NCBI GenBank assembly: GCA_051294375.1
Contig: CM119263.1
Coordinates: 18,748,628-18,812,627 of the forward strand
DNA from: Paraspadella gotoi
Taxonomy: Eukaryota; Animalia; Chaetognatha
DNA length: 64,000 nt
Reading direction: 5' to 3'
In this document: positions 52,189 to 64,000 of the stretch, piece after piece
Layout: each line of letters begins with the position of its first letter
Position numbering within the stretch: position 1 is the stretch's first letter
The notes under the pieces: model-generated
The model's database searches: none
The model's input: the letters and a program-made list of their open reading frames with translations, nothing else
Told to the model about the DNA's origin: nothing
Program-made: the position numbers and the translations under genes

Positions 52189-55100
52189 CTCGTCCTTCTC
52201 TCCTCTCGCTCTCTCTCTCTCTCTCTCATTCGCTCCGGGAAATTTGTGCCGCAAACGGCAACTCTGTTTCTCTCTCTTCTTCTTTCCTTTCTCTCTCTCG
52301 GTTTCTCTGTTTTCTCTCTCTCACTCTTTCTCTATCCTTCTCTTCTCACTGTCTCTCTCTCTCTGTCTCCAGAGCCACCCTCTTCCCCTTCACCCTTCCT
52401 AAATCACTCCCTCTCGTGCCAAACTTAATTTTTGGTCGTCGCCGTTTTCGGTTTTTGTTTTTGTTTATAATTTCATGTTTCTGGCGCCAGAATTTTTTTT
52501 TCTTCTGCGACGAGAATTTTTTTTCCTCAAGAAATAAAATCGTTTAAAAAAAAAAAAAGAAATAAAATCGTTTAAAAAAAAAATAGGAATAAAAAAATCG
52601 GAAACTAACATTACATTTCTTAGGCATTTCTAACTTTGGATTTAATAAAGTTTACGTGAATAATTTTTGTTTCCGGGGATCTGTGTACGTATAAACATCT
52701 GGTGTTTTTGTTTTTTTTTTTTAGAATTTAATTAAAAATATTTTTTTGGTAAAACCGTTTAAATCTGTCGAAAATCTGATGGAACCAAAAGGAAATAGAA
52801 ATTCGGAGGAAAAAATCGTTTTTTACGACTGAGAGAATAACAACTCACGATCCTCGGGTGGAGTAACCCAGATTTAATAGCCAGTTTTCGTTTCGTTTTA
52901 TGATGTCTTTTTGTTTTTTCTTTGTAAATTCTTTGTATTTAAAACGTACGTATTTAAGGGTGTAATGCCTCCAAATTTGACAAAGTTTGCAAACTATTGA
53001 CAAATTTTTTATCTTTTCGTAAACTACTCCGTTTTCGTTTCGATCTCATGAGCAAAAAACTTTTAAAAACCGCGAATCTGCTCGGAGACCGATCTGATTG
53101 GTGGAATTTCGTTTGGTGGATACGTGAGAATGTCAAATGTCGGTAACACTTTATCTTTCGTTATTGGCCATAGTTTTCCGACTTGGAGTATTTCGCGATT
53201 ATTAACATCTTTAACGGATTAAAATACAAATCGTACCAAAAGTACTAGCAACGGTTGAGGAAAATATCAATAGTCAACCGCCAAGAAACGAGAATTGCTT
53301 ATTCGCTACTCGTAAAAAGAATCGTAGAAAACTAAGTTTTAGAAATATTATATATCACAAATCACAACCTGTGTCGGTTGTTGTTTAAATCACCTGCTAT
53401 GAAGAAGTCGTGAAAACTACTTTTTTTTGGTGTCGAGAGCATTAAAAAAAAACATTTAAAATAAACCCTGGAATCGAAGAATCGGCAAAAAAGAAACTCC
53501 GTCTCCCTTAATCGACATCAAAATACAATTGAGGATAGAACTTAATCGTACATTCGGTAACCGCGGAGACTCGAGACGCGAGAAATTATTACACTTTTGC
53601 TTTCTCCTTCTTTGTAGCGAAGCGGAATCATCGGGAAAGACGTTTCACGCTTCGAAGACTTTAACGCAAAACAAGAGAATAACAAATCTAATGAATTCGT
53701 TGGAAAGAGAAAAGGAAAAAAGGAGAGAAAAAAGGGCTCTGGGAGAATTTTCCGCCGCTTCGAACGCCCGGAGAAACAATGAGAAACGTTTTCTTTTTTC
53801 CCTTGTTTCTACTGGATTGTCTGGCGGATGAAGGAATTTATTTTACATTCGCCATCAACAAAAAAAAAGACTTGAAGGTCGAATTCACGAGGAGAAACGA
53901 TGCCAGTCGGAGCTGGAGGCGGTCGTCCTTTTGCGAAGAGGATATTGACCTTCCCAACTTAAGTTTAGCGAAATAAATTACAATACGACCTTGGTTTTAA
54001 TATTGTTATGCATCTTTTAAAAACATCTCTTGTCCTTAACTAATGGCGGCTTATCGTCGAAGGCGAATCAAAAAGAAAAAACAGATGCTAACTACAGAAA
54101 AAACTTGAAACAATCTCGCAAATGGATTTTTTTTTCCTTCAACCACGTAAAACCAATTATGGTTTTTTGAAAAGGCAGCTGAGGTCCTCTGCAAGACAGA
54201 GGCATTCGCGCGCATTTCTTTATTCTTTCAAGTCGTCTCACGTTTTCCCTCCATTCCTGTCACAGGAATATACATAAAGGCTGGAGTTTGAATGAATTCA
54301 AGCCGAGACAACTTTTTTTATCAGCTGACGCGTGGAATTAAGAGAAAGAATTTTAAATAGAATAGCTATTGTAGTGCCCATTGCAATAATTTCTGGGCTC
54401 GTTGTAAACATTCTGTTGATTGCAGTCCTAAAATCATTTAGTTTATTGGTTTTTTGGACTCTGAAAGAACAGCGTTTCATGATTTCATAAGTTTTTAAAT
54501 ATTTTTTGTTTTTTTGAATACTTCAGGAACGTAACCTTGAGGATCATTCAATTTATCAATAAATCATCATAATGGTTAAGTTCTGGAGCAAATAAAATCA
54601 GAGATTTACAAAAAAAAAAGCATGAACGGTACTCGTCGCGCGCCTGCGCCCATCTCCAAGTTCCAAAACGGAGAAGAACACGTCAGACAAGCAATTTGAT
54701 AAAAGGTCTTGTCAAAATATCACACACAGCCGTCATCCCAATCGTAATCAATGAAGGCGAACACGCTTGTTTGTAATACGAGCCTCTGTATGCAATCCCA
54801 AACTAATTATTGGGAACTGGATACATCTTAATTGATAATTTCATTTATAATGTCAGTGACTCATTGTGTATTCAAAAAGCGTTTACATTGATTATTGATT
54901 AAGCTCTCTTTAATCTTTTATCAGCTTTCTTTGTTAATTAAATTTTGGATGGCCTCGTCATAAAAGCCAATAATTCGTTGATGTTACGTCACTACCAATC
55001 GTTATTCCATTCGCTAATAAATTTCATCTTTCTCGCGCCTTCATTGTCAAAGGAATATTCTTAACGATCATTTAATAAACATTTGAACACATAAATGATT

Positions 55101-56368
55101 TTAATATTTTCTAAACTCACTAATTTTTTAAATCGCTTTGTTAAAATTTCCACCATGTAATTCTGATTAATTTTCTTAATATTTTTATGACGGAAAAAAC
55201 CTAGAAGAGACAGAGTCAATGCGACTAAATAAAGACCATGATATAAAAATAATTTTTTTTTACACCCCCCCCTTAGAGATGATCCCGTCTTATAAAACGC
55301 AATTTATCCTCGCTGCTATATTGCTTTTGTGATTATCGACCTGTTCTTATCTCTCTTTCCTCCTCCTCCTATTTCTTTTCTTTCTAAAATAATCCCTTGT
55401 TTCTTTCTTTATTTCTTTCTATTCTCTCCTCTCATTCTTTCTCTCTCATTCTCTAACTATTTTCTTCCATGGACGTTCTTTCTCGGCTTCTCCGCTTCTC
55501 AACTTCTGTCTTCCATTAACAACCATACGTTGACAAGGGAGGTGGTTCCCCTCTCTAGTTCATCCAAACCCCCCTCAACCCATTTTTCAACGTTTTATTT
55601 TTAACCGGCAACTAAATCTAAGTTTCTTTTATCGCTAAACTCGCAGAATTTAACAACAAAAACATCTCTTTGTTTGTAAATAATGAGAGAATAAGTTCAA
55701 TATTTCGTTCGGTTCTCCTTCATATTTACGTAAGTCAGGTTTAAATAAGCTTCAAAACCTCTCCAGCTCCGCGTAAATTGGAGAAGAATTCCATCTTTGC
55801 CGGCACAAACGATTCAATTTTTTTTTCTCGGGATTCTGCGACTTTGAAGCCACAAGAGGGACCCTTACCTCTTGATTCCTTTAGCCAATCCCTCTCCTCA
55901 CGGGTCCCCCCCCCCCCCTACCCCTCCCTTTTCTGCCATTATTACCCTCTCCATGCAAAACCCTCTCCTACTTCATCCTTTTTCGTCCTCATCTGCAATA
56001 ATTTTTTTCCCACAACATTTTTTATGAAGGCGAACTGCTTATGGTGGCTCCTCGGTTGACCCGGCTCGGTGGATGGGAATGAATTATCATTGGAATGTCA
56101 ATTACGTTTATAATATAAATCAAATTATAGAAATTGAGTCAAGGGGCATTCATGAAATGTTATGAAATTAAACGGTAAAAGAGAAGACATGAGGGGGAAA
56201 ATAATGATTTCATTGAAGAGAGACCAATTTTATTTATTTATATCATTACCAGTGCCTGATTGTCTCCGAGGTGGAAAGGAAGAAAATACAATCACACAGA
56301 TGGTTATTTAATAATAGTATGGCAACGGGAAGATAGCCCGTGATACCCGGGCGCGGGGTATCTCACAA

Positions 56369-56451
56369 CTGGCGTAGGGGCTGGCGGACACTTCAGTGAC
56401 CGCGCTCCTGTCCACTGGCATGTTTATACCGCACCGTCACATTTAAGCCAG
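56369..56451 (-). ncRNA. Type-P5 twister ribozyme candidate (repeat copy 1)
   Basis: CTGGC-TTAA-ATGT-GA-CGG-TGCGGTA-TAA-ACAT-GC-C-[AGTGGAC..GTCACT]-GAAGTG-TCCG-CCAG-C-CCCT-AC-GCCAG: P5, 4-bp P2 ATGT/ACAT, T1 CGG/CCG, T2 GC/GC; predicted U/A cut between 56426 and 56425. Confidence 0.7.
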
Positions 56452-56858
56452 AACCGGGAAATACCCAGGGATTGAACCCGGGAATGCCACGGACTGAATG
56501 AGGATGATTTAGCCTGCTCAGGGCCATTTGAGACGAAGGCTGAGGACGGACAGCATGAGGCAGCTTTAAAGTCCTTTAGCTGCCAACAGGCATCCCCACA
56601 GACTTCTCACAGGGCCTCATCCCTGAAGGAGATTCTAAGAGAAGGTTTTGATCTCAATTGCATAGTGAGAGCGACGGGCGAGCGAGTTCTGGAGCGTAAC
56701 CAGAGAAGTAAGGGCCATAGGCGTGATATGCCATACCCTAAGCGACGTAGGTGGGCGCAAATGGTGCGCAGCGTTGCGTGTTTCGAGAGTAGGGCTCACG
56801 GCACTTATGGCAACGGGAGGATATGCCTGTGATACGCCGGGGGGCGGGGTATCTCCAA

Positions 56859-56937
56859 CTGGCGTAAGGGCTGCGCGACCCTCAGTGACCGCCTCCTGTC
56901 ACTGCATGTTTTATACCGCCCGTCACATTTAAGCCAG
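56859..56937 (-). ncRNA. Type-P5 twister ribozyme candidate (repeat copy 2)
   Basis: Same layout with P3 AGTGAC/GTCACT and P4 AGGG/CCCT intact; differs from copy 1 mostly by 1-nt indels. Confidence 0.65.
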
Positions 56938-57844
56938 AACCGGGATACGCCAGGGATTGAACCCGGGACGCACGAATGGAATGAGATGATTTAGCGACTG
57001 CTCAAGCATTGAGACGAGGCTGAGGACGGAACAGCAGTGAGGCAGCTTTAAAGTCTTGCTGCACAAAAGAACAGCTTTTCCTTTCTCCCACTACAAACAC
57101 CGATGGTATCTATCACAAATAAATGAATGCTCGCGATATTTTTAAAAAAAAGTTCGTCCTACATTAAAATTCTGAACGTGATTTTAAGTCTCGCCCGCCC
57201 CAGAAAAAACCGCCATACTGAGGGTCAGAATACGCGAGCGAACAGTGGCCCCCGTTGAGGTCCTGGCGGGCAAATTTCTTTTTCCTCCGCCCCCAAACAT
57301 TCTCCGCCCCTTAACGCTTATTCTTTCATTTTTTTTTCGAGCGACGAGGTTATGAAGCCATATTTTTCACTCCTCCGCCCTTTTTCTCCTTTTTTTGCTT
57401 AGCCTTTAGAGAGCTTTTCCCTTTTTTTACCCCCCACCGCATTTCCTTTTCAAACAGTTCCTTTTTTCTTTTTTTTATGAGCAAGGTGGCCGCCCATCTT
57501 GTTTTTCATCGCTCAAATCGCTTTAATCGCTGAAAAAAAATGGCAACGCTCGGGCGTTCGACCCTCGCCCGCAATTTTCGACGCCAAAAATTTCGTGTTT
57601 TGAAGAGACTGCGTTGATGAAGTTAATATGATTTTATATACTGTTGGCACCACGAAAATTAATATGAAAAACTTTTTTCCGTCATTAAACCGTTAACATT
57701 TCTACTTCTACAAATTTTGATTGTACAAAATTTTCCGCATGAGCCAGTCATAGTCGAATCGCACTCGATCCCACATTGTCTTCCGCCCTCACACGGCCAA
57801 TCAAAGGTCCTATTCCCTCCGCGACCGTGAAACTAAAGCCCATC

Positions 57845-57879
<35 letters not shown>

Positions 57880-58072
57880 CATCTCTCTCAATCCTCTCAT
57901 CTCTCTCTCTCTCTGCTCTTCTCTCCCATGGAATTCCTGAATACAACAAAATCCTCCCTCAACCGAAAAAAAGTTAGGGTGGCAATAAAAGGTTTTATGC
58001 CGGTTCGTTTATCCTTTGGCCAGCCAAGTTAACGGCCGGCGCAAATTTGCAATTTTCGGGCAAATATTGAGA

Positions 58073-58214
58073 GCTGGCGGCTGCGGCTGGCGGCTGGCGG
58101 CTGGCGCTGGGCGGCTGGCGGCTGGGCGCCTGGCGGCTGGGCGCTGGCGGCTGGCGGCTGGCGGCTGCGGCTGGCGGCTGGCGGCTGCGGCCTGGGCGGC
58201 TGGCGGCTGGCGGC
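58073..58214. repeat. GC-rich heptamer minisatellite (GGCTGGC)n
   Basis: Directly visible imperfect tandem array; produces the GWRLAA/PAASR ORFs. Confidence 0.9.
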
Positions 58215-60254
58215 TTAGGACCAGACGCGACAATGACGGTGAGAGAGTGCGACTACGTGAGGGAAACCGTTACGAGTCGATTATTTTTTCTTAAGAAGTG
58301 GAAAAAGTCTATCGGAATAATCGAGAGATGAATGTTGATACGTGCGAAAAAAAGAAATTGAACTAAAAGATCCATGAAGAGCCGAAGAAGAAATGGTTCG
58401 GATTGACATGTGATTCTCACTTCCGAAATTAAGGCTGATGCATCGCGGGACTGTTACAGGAATATCAGAACAAAAAAGTTCATCTGCTCGAAAAGAGTTG
58501 AAATATCAATTTTTACAATGTTTTTACTAACTTTTTTTCTAATGTTCAGTGACAAAAGAGAATTCCAATGGTTTTTTTTCTGAATTTCGTGACACCCGAT
58601 TGTATCCTGTGCATGCCCGACTACATATCGTTATAAATTTTTTCTTTTCCTTTTAACCCTCGTTTTGGCAAGTTTTGAAAAAATGAGGAAAACAACGGTG
58701 AGGAGGAGGACGACGGACGGACGACGACGGACGACGACGACGACGAAGATGATGAAAATTGAGGGGAGACAGATTTTTTCTCTTTCTTTCGGCCTCGGCG
58801 TCGCTAGTGCTTGCTTCGAAACGAGAGGGGGAACATGTTTTTCCATTTATGGAGGCCAAGTGACCGGGAAATCCTCCCTCTCCTCTCTCTCTCTCTCTCT
58901 CCTCTTCATCTCTCTCAGTCTCCAGTCTCTCTTCTCTCCTCTCCTCTCTCTCTCTCTCTCTTTCATTCCCCCTCTTTTGGGCTCCCCTAGTTCTTTTTAT
59001 ATTTTTCCCTTCGCAATTATATTTTTTCTTTTCCCATTTCTCCTCTTCCTTTTTTCACGATACAGAGAAAAGGAATTCCTTTCTTTTTGTTTTTGAGAAA
59101 AAGAAATAATATTTTTTTCTGTTTTTCCAATCTTGTTATGTAGTAATATTGGCAAAACTTGTTTTTTTTAGCAAAGTAACTACTTAAACGTTTAAAAATG
59201 ACAGTCCAACGAGTTTTAATACATCTAATGTGTGTTCATGTTTATTTATTATTTCTGGTAGAAGAAACGAGGTCGTGATCGTCAAAGCAATCGTAGTTTC
59301 TCTTTTCTTCTCTCGCTACTTTTGTTTTGTCGCTGTTGATTGCCACGTTTGCCAAGACTTTTTTTTCCCCTTTATTCTTTCTCTCCTTCTTCCTCTTTTC
59401 TTTTTCTATTCTTCTTCCTTCTTTTAATACGTCTTCTTCTCATTCTTCTCCCTCTCTTTGAATCTTTTGCTGTGTGAGTTTTGCGACTGTAGTGTATGAG
59501 GGGGATAACCACACGGACGAACATAATGACGATGATGATGATGATGAAAATGGAGATTAATGGACGCGACTATTGCTGTGCTGTTCCGGTGACACTCGGA
59601 ATGTAGCGGAATATTATTGACGTTTATCAAAGTAATTTGACGAAACATGTTGACGATGTTCAAGCTTTTTTATCCGATTGATGATGGTTAGAAACGCGAG
59701 GAATGAATGACGACCCACGATGAGACGATAACTATATGTCTCTGACTCCGTTTTCAAATCTTTATCCATATTCGCCCCGTCGCTTGAGCTGGGGATTGAA
59801 GACGCCAGATTTTCGCCGCGAAGCAAAAAAGAAAAAAAAAAAAAATGAAAAATTTAGTAAAAAAAACTTCGATTTTTCATCATTATTCAAAAGACAACTT
59901 TAAAAGATTTTTTTTTTTTTTTTTTTCCATTTTACCTCTCCTCCTACTTACTGTATTTTTTTTTTTATAAGTCGCGCCTGAGTGTTTTTTAAAGAAAAGA
60001 CGAGGGAGAGTTGGGCGGCGGAAAAAATAGGAGAGACCGGACAGCGGAGAGGGGAAGGAATGAGAAAGAGGAAAAGAGTAAGGTTAAGGGTGAGGCGCAA
60101 AGGAGGAAAAAGAGGAGTGGGTAAGGGCTCAGCTGTTTATGGTGAGTTTGGAAATAGGCTGTGATGGGATAGAGAAAGAAAAGGGGAAGAAAGGGAGGAA
60201 TGAGAAAGAAATTTTGAAAGAGGCGGTGGGAATCTAAAGAAAGGGAGAGAAGAG

Positions 60255-60292
<38 letters not shown>

Positions 60293-60545
60293 TGAGAGAA
60301 GAGAGGAGAAGAGAAAAAGAGAGAGAGAGAGTATGAGCGGTCGCGTCGCAGAAGTAATGGAATGAAAAGTTGAAAAAGATGACATGATCGACGCATTTCT
60401 CCTCCTTTCTAAAAAAAAAATTCTCTTTTCAATTTTTTCATATTTATTTTTCCCCAGAGTAGATATTTTTTTTTCTCTTTTCCCTTCTTCTTTCTTTCTT
60501 TCTTTCTTTTTTTCCCTTCTNNNNNNNNNNNNNNNNNNNNNNNNN

Positions 60546-62145
60546 TGTTAACATAAGTATTCAAGAACGTATGTTTTACTCTTCCCGGCTTTGTCTCTGA
60601 AAATCATTGAAGCGCTCACCAGGAAAATTTGCAGAGAGAAAATATTCCTCCTCTCTCTCTCACTTTCTCTCTTTGTCTCGTTTATTTTCCACCTCTGTCC
60701 TTCTTGATGTTTTGCTCCTTCACTTTTCCTCCTCTTTTTCTGTTTGTTTGTGGAAGTCCCTCGATAACAGAAAACTTTGCACAGCTTAGTACTGAATTAT
60801 AATTTTATGTTCCCTTCTTAAAGAATAGTTTAATTTATACTTTCAGTATTATTATTACTAGAAATACACAAAATTCTAACCGTGTTCAAGTTATACCAGC
60901 CACGTGCAATACCTGCCACTGCCAATGCCACATGCCACTGTCCGTCTCTGTCTGTCAACGTCCGTCCAGTTCTGACCGGAAGGGACTTTGTCGCCTTGTT
61001 TTGTTCCTTTGTCTTCGGCAGAGGCGGTAATTAGCGTCGCGGGAGGATGAGAAGGGAGGAGAGGAGGAGGAGGAGGAGGAGGAAGATAAGATGAGGAGGA
61101 CGTTTTTATCCGTTGATTGGATTCGAAGAGAGTTGACTTTTATCTCGTCACGAAATGGTGGAGCTAAGAGAAGAACGAAGCTCCTCGCACGACGAACCAA
61201 TAACTGTGAGGCACGCTACGGGAGCCCAAGAGACCGGAGAGCATCACTGTTTTACAAGGGATAAAAGGAGCGTTTCTTTAACGGGCTTGATTCCAGCGAG
61301 CAGAAGTATGAGGGCGAATATTTTCTTTTCATTCGCCCATCCTCAATGGGGGAGCGTGCGATACTAGTGAGCGCCACGTGCTCAAAAACCGGCCCCTGAC
61401 GACGGGCGCGGGCGGGCGGAAGTTCCGGCCCCCTGAATTCCAATGGAGATACGGGTGTGCGCAGCACAGTATTGATAGACTTTATTGAGAGACGAGACGA
61501 TGACGAGAACGGAGACGAGGAGAGGAGACGAGAGAAGGAGAGAGAGCAGAGAAAGAGAGAGAAGATAGGGACCGGAAAGAAGATCAAAAGATGAAGGGAG
61601 GGAAGAGATATATGGATATGGACGGAAGAGACGAGAGCAAGAGAGAGAAGGAGAGAATCGATGAGAGAGACGAAGAGAGATGAGAGAGACCGCAGAGAGA
61701 GAGGACTCAGAGGATGAGAGTGAGAGAGCGAGCAGAGATAGAAAGATGAGGAGACCAAAAAAAATAGAAAAAAGAAAAAAAATGGAGATAGGACAAGATT
61801 AGAAAGGAAGAGGAGAAAATGGAGTCTGAATGAGGAAGAAATGAAGGCTGAGAGGAAAAGAAATTACGGCACAATAACTCACAAGTGGTTGAGTGAAAAG
61901 AGAGTGAGAGANNNNNNNNNNNNNNNNNNNNNNNNNNNNNNNNNNNNNNNNNNNNNNNNNNNNNNNNNNNNNNNNNNNNNNNNNNNNNNNNNNNNNNNNN
62001 NNNGAGAGGAGGAGAGAGAGAGACGATCTTCGGTCGATATTCGGCATAATTAAAATTACATGTCATCCCGGCGCGAAAACGATTTTCTTTCCCCATTGGA
62101 AGAAGAAAGAAAGAAGAGGCAGAGAGGAAGAGAAGAGAGAGGCAG

Positions 62146-62186
<41 letters not shown>

Positions 62187-63516
62187 AGAGAAAGAGAAAG
62201 AGAGAGAAGCTGTGAAGTTGTGATTGCAGAAAAGCTTTCGTACTGAAAAAAATTAAAAAGCGATTCCGATCTCATTCATCTATAATTGTTAATATACATA
62301 AGTTTAGAAGAATGAATATTCTCTTTCTTCAGATAATTTAAAAAAAGATAATCATTATGTTGCCCTAAAGAGAACTGATAACGCGTTCCTCTCGAAGCCA
62401 GCGGAGATTCTGTTCGCGAATTCGAAAAAAAGGAGAAAATAAATGACGAAAAANNNNNNNNNNNNNNNNNNNNNNNNNNNNNNNNNNNNNNNNNNNNNNN
62501 NNNNNNNNNNNNNNNNNNNNNNNNNNNNNNNNNNNNNNNNNNNNNNNNNNNNNNNNNNNNNAAAAAAAAGGAGATAGAATCTTGGGAAAAGCGTCAATTT
62601 TTGACACAAAGTGGAATCGGCTTTTGTCGTTTCTATGGAGATGATGTCGCCGTCGTCGTCGCTGTCGGCGTCGTCGTTGTCGTCGTCATCGTCGTCGTCG
62701 TCGTCGATTCTTTTGTCATCATCGTCGATTCAACAATCATTCGTATTTCCTTAGGCGTTTAAATTCGTTTCCTGTTTTCCTGTCTTTTGTTCAGATTTTA
62801 ACTTTTTGTTTAACTTTAGTGTTTTTATTGTTAAACGAGTACAGGAAAGTTTTTTTTTAAAGTATCATTCGTACAGTCAAAAAAAAATCTAAATTTGTCC
62901 CCTCTGGCTCTACTCTTTATTAGGCGATCGTCCTTTTTGGCGGAGCAATACATCTAACGCATAATTTACGGTAACGTGTGAATTTTTTTTCTTCACATTT
63001 TTGAACAGAATGATGTCCTCGTTGTCATCAAATATCATAATTAAAAAAAATTAATCTTTGAAGCTTGATCATAATGCATTTCATCCAATTTCTTTGTCTT
63101 AATCCTTGTAGTAGCGTCATCGTCGGCTACAACGTCGTCGTTGTCGTCTTCCTCGGTGACGTAGTAGTCGTCGTCATCGTCGTCATCGTCGTCTTTCTCG
63201 TCGTTTGCTTCCTCGCCGTTGTCATCCTCGTCATCCTATTCATAAATATTTCATGAGATTGCGACTCGTCAAAATTTTTGTTCCAGGGATTTTTTTTCCA
63301 ATGGAATTTAACTCCCGCGAAATATTTTTTTTTTCTGGAAAGAGAGAAAAACAGTCGAAGCATTTTGATAAATATTGCATTTAATTTCCGTTCGCTCTGC
63401 GATTTTTTGTTATTTCTTATCTTGTTGAGAAAAGGTTCTTAATTCTTCTTTTTTTCTTTTTTTTCCCCTTTTTTTCTTTTTTCCAATCTTCTTTAAGAAT
63501 ATCTTTCAATCGATCT

Positions 63517-63565
<49 letters not shown>

Positions 63566-63781
63566 AACCCTTTTTTTCTCAACAGTGATTCCAATCTTTC
63601 GCTTTCCAGTATTCGTTCCACCTATATTTCACCACTAGTACTTTCCTCTCTTGCCATTTTTTTTTCTTCTTTTCCTTTTGTGTTATCCTCTCTTTCTTTT
63701 CTTTCTGTTTCCCCTACTTTTTCTCTTTTTTTTCACTTTCACTTTCTTGTTACCTTCTTCCTCTTGATCTCCGTCTTTTAC
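60546..63781 (+). repeat. Direct duplicate of ~46985-50192 (probable assembly/haplotig redundancy)
   Basis: Colinear match from CATAAGTATTCAAGAACG to CTCTTGATCTCCGTCTTTTAC, differing mainly by small indels; bounded and interrupted by N runs. Confidence 0.9.
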
Positions 63782-63822
63782 NNNNNNNNNNNNNNNNNNN
63801 NNNNNNAAAAGAAGAGAGAGAT

Positions 63823-64000
63823 TAATGTAATAGCGTAGTTCCTTCAACTACAGCTGAAAAAGTAAATATAAGCGATTCTTTTAATCACATATATTGCCAG
63901 AAAAAATGTGCAAAAGGTATGAATTCTCGTTCACTCCTTCGGTCGAGACTCAGTTCCGTAAGACGCCCCACAAGAGGGTGTTGGCGGTCGTGTCGAACGC
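63823..64000 (-). repeat. Duplicate of ~41383-41552 (CYP I-helix exon end and adjacent intron), truncated by the window edge
   Basis: CTTCAACTACAGCTGAAAAAGTAAATAT...GACGCCCCACAAGAGGGTGTTGGCGGTCGTGTCGA matches the CYP locus with scattered insertions; follows an N gap. Confidence 0.85.

Larger units (their letters stand above)
56319..57066 (-). mobile_element. Tandem family-B element: two ~260-nt direct repeats (56319-~56586, 56807-~57066) around a ~220-nt unique spacer; retrozyme-like
   Basis: ATGGCAACGGGA starts both repeats, 488 nt apart. Each carries a minus-strand B box (GGGTTCAATCCC, 56468-56479 and 56953-56964) followed by a twister-like fold. Confidence 0.75.

Noticed and set aside
58009-58294. 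Ala/Gly/Trp/Arg-repeat ORFs
   Set aside because: Translations of the (GGCTGGC)n minisatellite.

Overview
AT-rich eukaryotic (most likely invertebrate animal) genomic DNA with short GT-AG introns, many (GA/TC)n microsatellites and, in the last third, indel-rich sequence, N gaps and duplicated blocks. Most ORFs in the track are microsatellite artefacts. Genes reconstructed by hand: (1) a complete 12-exon, ~907-aa lipoxygenase (21693-26602, +) whose PLAT domain is replaced by an SRPBCC/START-like domain plus a Ca2+-type C2 domain; (2) an EamA/SLC35G-like transporter (35936-38050, +); (3) a mitochondrial-clan cytochrome P450 (43442-~40340, -), frameshifted in its 3' third; (4) a possible innexin 5' end (3169-2926, -). 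Also present are tRNA-Gln(CTG), a damaged tRNA-Arg(ACG) and a 5'-truncated LINE. The main non-coding signal is six dispersed SINE-like elements, most with a recognisable tRNA-like head, each carrying a circularly permuted (type P5) twister-ribozyme-like fold with covarying pseudoknot pairs. Two lie sense inside lipoxygenase introns and two form a retrozyme-like tandem with ~488-nt spacing. A minimal type I hammerhead sits inside a perfect 51-bp inverted repeat (Penelope-like remnant). All calls are by eye; no searches were run.
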